DNA of 64,000 nucleotides from the human T2T-CHM13v2.0 reference genome, Homo sapiens. The stretch lies in the NCBI RefSeq assembly GCF_009914755.1, contig NC_060927.1. One strand, 5' to 3'. The notes under the pieces were generated by a model. It did no database searches. It saw only the letters and a list, made by a program, of their open reading frames with translations, and was not told the origin of the DNA. The translations under genes were made by a program, and so were the position numbers. Position 1 is the stretch's first letter. Each line of letters opens with the position of its first letter. Below, piece by piece: positions 55,153-64,000 of the stretch.

Positions 55153-56912
55153 CCCAGGTAATGCCTTATATTGTGAGTAATAAATGCTCATTCATAGCTC
55201 TGTAAGTATGAAGAGTTATTATAAATGATATCCAACTGGGTCCTCTCAAGAATTTCCAGGGAACAAAAACCCTCTTGTCTATTTCCAAAAGGTGTGAGAA
55301 TGGCTTTTCATCTTGATGAGATTATTTCAAGCTGAAATTCTGTAACAAGTGAGTGAATCAAGCTCACACCAAAGTGAACAAGTACAAAAGTAGGCTCTCA
55401 AAATGAAAGAGCAATAATCACATCCATTTCCCCCCTTATTGGTAGAATTCATAGAGGGAAGAACACGCCCTTTGCCTGCTAAGAGCATTGTTGCTGTTGC
55501 CACATAAGTACCACATAAAACAGAGAAGAGCCTCCTGAGACCTGCTGTCCATGAAGGCAGCTGCCAAATTGGGAACTCTAATAAGATCTGGCCTCAGGCA
55601 TCAAATGACTCCCAAGTTGTCTTTATTTTGTTAGTATGTGGCAAAGAAAGAAGGGAAGCCTGTGCCTGCTGTGCCATCACACACGCATCTGCAGAGGGAT
55701 TACCAAGTCCCCTGATACTTTGTTTAGAAAAGCAGCTTGAACCCAGTCTCAATAGGAAGCTGAAATGTGTTAGATGGGGCAATGATCAACAATGGAAAGC
55801 TCAGTGGAGAAAAGTTAACCAAAATAAGAACGTTCCACTCATGTCACGGGAGAGGTAAAATAAAGCTGAGCATTTATGACTCTGGGGAATTATTTGTTGT
55901 GAACCAGCACATGATTAAGGGTTCTCCACACTACAGAAAAGCTAAGGAAGGAAAGAATTTCTTTAAGCTTTTGGAAAGAGAGTTCCAATGTGCCACAAAA
56001 TGTTCTAGCAAAAGAACCTGGGACCCACTACTTTGGACTCCAGGGATACAATGATCAATTTGTCGTTTTGGGCTCTGATGCCTATGATTTCATGAGCTCA
56101 GAACTATGAATACTATTAATATGACCAGTCTGGTCCAAAAATCAAGCTCAGACATTTGACACAGAACCTTCAGAACTATTGAATTCCAGACAGGAGATGA
56201 ATGCTCTGTGAAGAAATCATTTCCTTACTATTAGTTTCTAAATCTGTTGAATATAAATTTTATAGTAGTCTTTTAAGTCTTGTATTATTTAAATCAGAGA
56301 CAGGGAGAGAGGAGAGGAACAAAGGAGGAGGAATAAGAGAAAAGAAGGAAAGGCAAAGGAGGATAAAGTCAGGGAACGGAGGGCAGAGGAGGGGAGAGGA
56401 GGAAGAAAATGAAGAAAAAAATCATTCTTTTAAAATATGTTCCCTAATTCTTGTTCAAAAGGCTACACTATAGACTATATTTCAGAAACCAGTTTTTATA
56501 AGTCATACATAAGGCCTAACAAAAAAAGAAAGGAAAGAAAAATTACTGAAGTGCACCATTTCTGAATTCTGTTAGGCCTGACACATGGTATAATGCTCAG
56601 AGACATGGGAGATTTAAATAATGGGCTCATTTCTTTTTAAACAGAAGGTACCAGAGATTCCATTTCAAAGGAACAGACTACTAACCTAAGATATGAGAGA
56701 AAAGCTCTGAGACCTTTCTCAGGCTGGATTTCATGAGCTAGTCATACCAGTTTCTGCAGGAATGCAGAAATTATTGCAAAATGGCTAGGTTCCATAAACA
56801 TGTTGGTAAAGTTTAACTTTACAGATAAGAAAAAATAATTTCAAAACAAATTTCCACCCTTTCTTAAATTAACTTTATCTTGTTATAGGAAGAAAGAAAT
56901 CCAGCAGCTTAC

Positions 56913-57446
56913 CTGTATCGAATCCCACGCTGGGCACTATGTCTACTGTTCCATGAAAGGCTCCAGCCCATGCTGAGGTAGCAGAGGTGACTGTAGTTGG
57001 TTCTGTCTTTGTGATGTCACACTGGGGAGCAGGAATCCTGGCCGCATGCACTGAAGGCATCAGCAGAGGCCCATAGGATGGATCCAGGGCAGAGCCAGCA
57101 GGAGGGTGGTGATGGTGATGATGGTGGCGGTGGCGGTGGTGCATGTGGGCATGAGGGTGGTGGTGCCGCATGTACACGTCATGCATATGGCTGTAGGATG
57201 GGCTCACCTGAGATGTCAAAGGATAAGGCCAGGACTCAGACACAGCAGGGGGAGGGGCTGGGCCAGTCTGATGCAGGTTGTGTCCCGGCCAAGGACTGGG
57301 ATCAGCTGCAGAAAAGGTGCCAGGGGGTCCAGTGACCTGGAAGTCAGGATGAACTCCCCCCAAACAAGGTGCAGGTGGGGGCTGGTAAGAGCTGGTCCAA
57401 AAGGAAGTTGGGAAACTATTCCGCTGGCTTGAGAGAGCTGAGCTGT
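56913..57446 (-). CDS. VGLL3: VGLL3 penultimate coding exon (exon 3), 534 nt, phase 1/1, Pro/His-rich region
   Basis: Minus strand reads ttttctgtcttctcAG|AC AGC TCA GCT... = DSSALSSQRNSFPTSFWTSSYQPPPAPCLGGVHPDFQVTG...MRHHHPHAHMHHRHRHHHHHHHPPAGSALDPSYGPLLMPSV...SVGFDT G|GTAAG. Canonical acceptor (57447-57448) and donor (56911-56912). Peptide recognised as VGLL3. Confidence 0.97.
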
Positions 57447-57997
57447 CTGAGAAGACAGAAAATAAAAAACATTATTAACATAAGACTCAGTTTTGGGATA
57501 GACTTGCCTCTAATTGTCCACTCTAATTGTCCAATAATATTTTACAAGCAGTCAAATTAGCATGCACTCTTATTCTCCCCAAACAGGGGTGAATTGATAC
57601 CAGGTTGGCCTCTGGGCTCGCAAGCCAATGGGTCCATGTGCAAGATCCAAAGTGTTAAATGAGCCTCCCTCCATTTGCTTTGCTTGGCTTATGCCGTCAC
57701 AGTCTGTGCTAAGGTTTGCAATTTGGGGATTGAAAAATTTCATTTCCTTCTGAGTACCTTGCAGCCATTAGGCCTAAGAGGAGGTCATATCTACCCACTT
57801 CACTGGTAAAGAAATCTTATGCCATAAATGAGGTTTGTATAAGTTGGACATGATCATTTTTACCAACTTCTAAATGCAAATACAATTTTCATTTAAATGA
57901 AACATTTTAATGCCGAAGGTAACAATGGAAGTAAGATTACAATTACTTATACTCACTAACACTCATTTTCCATTAAGAAGAGTGTATTCCAACCTCA

Positions 57998-57999
57998 TT

Positions 58000-58042
<43 letters not shown>

Positions 58043-58046
58043 TTTT
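57998..58046. repeat. (TTTA)n
   Basis: Direct reading. Confidence 0.95.
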
Positions 58047-58312
58047 CTGTGGAGATCTGGGAGTCTCTAGACCGAGAATAAAAATGGTCAATATTTAATG
58101 ACAGTATCAAATGCCCAACATTTTTCCAGGGGCTTTTCATGGATAATCTCATAGGAGTTTCATTCCAGGCCTATGGGGTAGTTATTGTTATTATTCCCAT
58201 GATGAGAAAATCCCAGTAGAGAAGAAGCCTAAGGCTTAAGATGGCAAGAATGGGACTAGGCTTTGAAGCCAGGTGGCCTAAATGGCCAATGGCTGGGCCT
58301 CTTCATAAAGTG

Positions 58313-58326
58313 CCACAAGAGGGCGC
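58313..58326 (+). promoter_or_regulatory. CTCF core motif
   Basis: CCACAAGAGGGCGC matches CCASYAGRKGGCRS except at one position; CpG retained. Confidence 0.6.
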
Positions 58327-58519
58327 AATTGTAACTGTGAACCTCAACATCTCGAATTTGGTGAAGATCCTATGGAAATGATGAGTGGAGGAAATTCAAG
58401 TAGAAGTCATGGGTTTGAGGAAGTATTTTGGGGAGAGGGAAATATCAAAGAATAGCACTTAGAGACGAATAAGAAAGAAAACGATCCCCTAACTCTTCAT
58501 CAGTTCAATTTCCTACTCA

Positions 58520-58801
58520 ATCGTAATAACACATTTATACACGACCTACTATGTATCAAACATAGGCGTCAGGGATGACCAAATGGACATCATTTTTAGT
58601 CACAATCTGCAGAAGGATAGATAAGTAAAAACAGACATGTGCAAGGTGACACGGTAGGTATTCTCCCAACAGGAAGCACAGAGAGCCCCGACCCAGCTTA
58701 GAGAGTGATAAGTGGAAGCTGACAGACTGAGTGGGGGCTAGCCCTGGGAAGTAAGCTTTAGGCAAATGGATCAGCACATAAGAAAAGGCCATATATTACA
58801 C

Positions 58802-58855
<54 letters not shown>

Positions 58856-59070
58856 GACAGCAGCAGCATTTGAAAGACAAAAAGAGTTCCATAGGCAGAA
58901 GGTGGCAACAGAAAAATTGAGACTATTGAAATGAGGACCAAGATGGGTGTAGACTTGCTGGCCATGGTACTGAATGTAAATTCTATTCTGAGGTGGCAGG
59001 GTCTCAATGGGCTTTGAAGGGTTTTAATCTAGTAAGTGACACAGTCAAATCCGTTTGTGGAAAGATCAGT
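58520..59070 (-). mobile_element. L2 fragment containing (CA)n at ~58798-58852
   Basis: aacacatttatacacgacctactatgt (antisense L2 3' end); ttctattctgagg...gaagggttttaa...ggaaagatca. Confidence 0.7.
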
Positions 59071-62000
59071 GCCTCCACCTGTAGCCTGTTGCCTACAGTG
59101 TTGTATAACTAAACAAGCACTGGGCTGGGAGACCAAGGAGCCCAGCTCTGATCCTAGGTCTTACCCTATCTCATTTTATCACCCAATATGGACCCATTGA
59201 TCTTTCCATGGTTTACTTTCTTTCACTAAGAAAATGAAGTATTTGAACTCATTAATTCAAATTATCTACGGCTTAATACTGCTAACAGTCTGTGAAGTGC
59301 CCTATGGATTATTTTTATTTACAGAAGAAGACATTTTCTAAAGATGTTAGTCATGTGAGTTTAAGAGAGTATTTTTATACTGAGTTCCACATAAAAGAAC
59401 CTTGCTAGATCTTTCCATTGAATGAAGGGTATGAATGGAGGATATCTTAAGAAGTATTTTAAAATAAGAATATTCAAAACTCTGACATTATCTATGTTCT
59501 CTCTATAAATATCAGGCCATAGTTTTCTTGCCTCAGGGAAAGCTTAAAAAACTTCAGTCAACCACCACATATATCATTTGGTTAACATAATTCGGCATTA
59601 CTGTGGTGTGTGAACATTTCCTCTCCCCTAAAGGCTGTGGCAGCAGCACTGCAAGCTCTTCTATTCTCTCCCCTTCAGCTGGGCACCAGAGCTATGATCA
59701 TGACCATTCATCCCATTCATCCTGTGGTCACACAGCTATTCACAGTCAATTCCCTCTCTCACAACATCTCCATCGATCTCAAAACACTTGGGGAAATCTA
59801 GGAAATGGTGTTCTTCAAAAGGCAAAGAATGGAACTGCACACTTTAAGTCTTCAAACAACCTCAGGAAACTTTTAATTGAATGACTTTGTTAAAATCACA
59901 ATCTATCCAAAAATACCACCTATAATCAGCCTTACTGACATTGAGGTAACTATGTTTTCTTGAATTAACAATCGTCTCTTTGCAACATATGAAAAATACT
60001 ATTAATGACAAGAAGGAAAGTCGTGTAAGTTGTAAGAAGAAAATTCAATTTGCCTTAGGTGATGGTCATTTGTAAAATATTTCTGTCATACCCACAATGA
60101 AAGCCATCAATGTTTAAAGCTTAAAACCCATACACAGAGTTTAGAGAGGCTCCTTATTCTACATAGTTCATCCTTGCTACCACACATCTGCCACTTTGCT
60201 CTCACAACTCCCATCTTTGGGACCAAAGCCTTCATTCTGCTCCTAACTTCCATCTCCCGAGGGGCTAGAATCCTATTATGAAAACCGTTGAGCCCCAACC
60301 ACAAGTACGTGCCAGAGATATAGAATTCCCCTTATTAAAATCCACCATTAAGATGTCAAAAGTACGGAGAGTATATACCATTTCTCTGTATGCTTTTAGT
60401 CTCATTTATATGTACATGGAGCCAATCTTATTTTATAGATGCTTATGCAGTTTGAATATGCATGCGCAAATGGGAATAATGAATCAATTATTTATCAAAA
60501 ATATTATTGGTCTATTTATGAAGTACTGTACCATGATTAGTGAAGACATTATTATTGAAAGTAGAAATCTATTTTTGAAAATGCACTCCATAAAGATTGA
60601 ACAAAGTTTTAAAATGCTCCAGGGAAAAATAAAATTAAAAGGAACTTAATATTTTCCCAGTCAATATGTCTCTTGAGATGAATATAAAGTTTGCAAAGAT
60701 CTATGCAGCCCTTTAAAAAAAACCTGTTACATTTACAATTGAAACAATATTGAGTTGAAAATATGTTTATGAAGAAGTTTATACTTCAAAATCACTATTC
60801 GGTGTCTTGCTTGTTTAAGAAAAAAAAGTCTTGATGCAAAGGAAGAGATGATATGCTTTGTTTCATGCCTGAGAACCAGTGTGCTTATTTCATATGTATG
60901 TAAATTTTTTTCATTACATGATTCTTTGCTTATGAGTACTTAATCACAGCCACATTTGTTGGATGAAGAAGACATATGAAAAACTGCATGGGCTATTTCT
61001 ATGCAATATTACATTTCAGGTGAGTGAAGAAAATACAATACTTTATGCTATTAACACTATATGGTGAGTTTGGATTCAATATTACCTGGTATACAGGTGA
61101 TGTTAACCAATATTTGGATGATGTTGACACTGACAGTCTAACACATACAAAATGCCCAACTGTAATTTTGGTTCAATTTTCATTTGGGGTTAAAAATATT
61201 ACTCACACATACATACACACGAGTTTATTTCTAGACAAAAAAGAAAATGATAATATTGATACATTGTCTAATAAAATCCACTAAAAGCAAACCCAGTAAT
61301 CTCACTATCTGATTTAGACTGCAACATGGTATACCAGGTATTTCTTTCAATTTCACAATAGTGGGATACTTTTTACACTGATTGTAAATGTCTCTTAAAA
61401 AAAACACACACACACACACATTACCTCCAAAAAAATTTTTTAAAATCTCCGAGTAAAAAATTTAAGAAAGATAAGATTCAAAATTTAAAGAATGATACAG
61501 CTTATTAATTTTGAAAATAACAAAAACTAAATTAAAAGGAAAATGGGACAATGAAGTGTTATAGAAACTCTAAGTCATCTTAAAAATTTCCAGAAAACAC
61601 ATTAGAATCAATATTGATTAAAATATGATTATTAAATGCTAAAAGGTAACATTTTTACATTTTTTATTAATATCAGTTAAAAAACAAAATTCTACTCAAT
61701 TCTTAAGCTAAAGTGTTCTTGCTGTAATTTCATTGCCATTCTCTTGTTGTTCTTCCCATAAAAATAAATGGCTGGGTCAGAAGTGAAATGACATGTGTTC
61801 CAGTGTTTTCTGTCATTCAGTAATTATGCATTACCATTATGTCCAAAGATTGCCTTCTAGTTACTTTCTTCTAGAGTTGCTCAAAATGGGCCTTGTGACT
61901 CTACAATGAGAGTTTCAAGGGATGATGTCAGAGGCCGATACTCCTTGGAGGCAGCAGGGTGAGATTAGTCACGCCTCACTTTTTTCCCCATGTCTTGGTC

Positions 62001-62452
62001 CTATGGACATTCTGTTCATTTCCAGTATCAGCCAGCTCATCAGACAGGCCCTCCTTTTCCTTTCTCCATTTGACTATTTAGGTTTCGTATTTATTTTGAG
62101 AGCTTTTTCCCATGAGAATGAATTGCCCAAGCAGACCCTATGTACATCAATGAGCCAACAGATGATTTTCTTTGCAACTGCAATATCAGTAAGATTAGCA
62201 TTCTGTATGGTTTTAAGTCAGTGATTTACTCTGCTATGGCTTGACATAGCTCCTGCCCTTTTCTACAGATACACACAGACTCATTTCTGTAAAGATCAGT
62301 GCATAGGCATATTTGAAACCAATGTTTAGCGCTGTGCTAAATTAATCATATAGATTATTTTTAAAATCTTTATAATAACTCTAGGAGAAGGGTATCAATA
62401 AACATATATTTGTATGGAGATAAGGGACCAATCATATTCATTAGGTTTGTTA

Positions 62453-62750
<298 letters not shown>

Positions 62751-63314
62751 AGTTAGGTTTTCTTAATGGAAAGAAATGAAATTCTTTCAACCCTGTTAGA
62801 ATATATAGCAGGATTAGAGGTAACTGATAAGACATTGTGCCAAGTAAAATACATATACTTCCTATCATTGTTTGCCTTACAGCTGAAAAACACCTAAAAA
62901 AACTTACCTAGCTTCATGAAGGAGATATACATTCAAAGTATAACCATTCTTTCATTATTAGCTGACACACTATTCTTTGTCTAAAGATTTACCGTGTAAA
63001 TATATTCTTAGTCAAACACGATTCAGTTATTAAATTTGTTTGTAGCATGGTAGCACTTCTGTGGCACTGTAATAACTTTATGCTGTAAACTAGACCCTTT
63101 AATACTCGGTCAGCAGTTCCTTTCTAAGCATCATTGCCATGGCCACTAACATTATCATTAGCCTTTAGTATCTACTATTATCTAAGACTGTGTGTTTTGT
63201 ACCAAAAACACAAAGTTCCAGAAAACAATGTTCCTGGATAAAGGCTCAGGGTTTGTTTTCTATGTGTCAAATGAGTGGAAACTTACTTAAGGAAGAGAGA
63301 AAAGGCATCTGGCT

Positions 63315-63545
63315 TTCATTTAGCACCTTGAGTCAAGCTCTATGCTAAATTATTCATATACATTATTTAAAAATCTTTACAATAACTCTATGAGATGGGT
63401 ATCAATAAACACATATTACAGTTGAGGAAGTTGATGTAAGAGATTTCAATTTAGTAATCCAAGATCACATTGCAACCAGAAGGTAAAGGCTGGAACATGA
63501 ATCTAAAACAAATGGACTCCAAAGACTGTATTTTCCAATCCTGTG
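63315..63545 (-). mobile_element. MIR
   Basis: tttacaataactctatgagatgggtat...ttacagttgaggaa...ccaagatcaca. Confidence 0.7.
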
Positions 63546-64000
63546 TAGCTTTGCCAATTAATATTAAATTGTCACCAACTCTCTCATTTTATGAGAATAA
63601 AAATGTGAGTCTCATTTTATTGAACCTCTTCTTTAAGACATTTTCTATATTTTTAATTATCGTTTGTGGCTTTCCTATAAATCCTACACAAGTTTTATAT
63701 ATTTATCTAAATCTGTCTAATTCACAACTTAAGACAATTATGACAAAGATCTAAGAAAAGCAAATAATACCTTTGAAATTACAGAACTTTACAGAAGAAA
63801 ATATTTTTACCAATTATTTAATTTAACCCCCTTATTTTATAAATTAAAAAAAACTGTACCCAAAGAGTTCATATAACTTATTACCAAGAAATTTTCTATT
63901 AAAGACTCTTGTTTTCTAATTCCGGATACATGGTATGAAATTGGTTCATTTAATTCAGTCACTTAATCATTCAATGCATATCTATTTCAGATTTTCCACA

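Noticed and set aside
57078-57432. Plus-strand ORFs (85 and 108 aa) overlapping VGLL3 exon 3
   Set aside because: Antisense shadows of a GC-rich, His-codon exon with no independent support.
60278-60649. 123-aa plus-strand ORF
   Set aside because: AT-rich intronic sequence with no recognisable domain or splice context.

Overview
Primate (most likely human) genomic DNA, AT-rich and repeat-dense. The only protein-coding gene I can support is the 3' half of VGLL3 (vestigial-like 3, a TEAD cofactor) on the minus strand. It comprises a 534-nt internal coding exon (56913-57446) with the His-rich tract, a ~21.5-kb intron, and a terminal exon with 44 coding nt (35356-35399, GLQHQDKSKESPWY*) followed by a ~9-kb 3' UTR ending near an AATAAA at 26320-26325. 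Upstream exons lie beyond 64000. Positions 1-26 kb are downstream sequence full of old ERVL/MaLR LTR elements, MIR/L2 and Alus. Nearly all ORFs in the supplied track are chance or repeat-derived. Best observations: (1) a chimeric retroelement at 22724-24550, with a THE1 LTR and internal region fused to a HERV-L 3' end and MLT2A LTR, bracketed by one 5-bp target-site duplication (GTGCC) inside a MIR that rejoins across it; (2) an antisense Alu offering an in-frame alternative last exon (GWSAMARS*) and carrying a perfect 28-bp triplication; (3) a symmetric, stop-free exon flanked by inverted Alus (circRNA candidate); (4) a strong CTCF motif at 58313. Repeat family names come from recalled consensus sequences, not from a search, and old-repeat boundaries are approximate.
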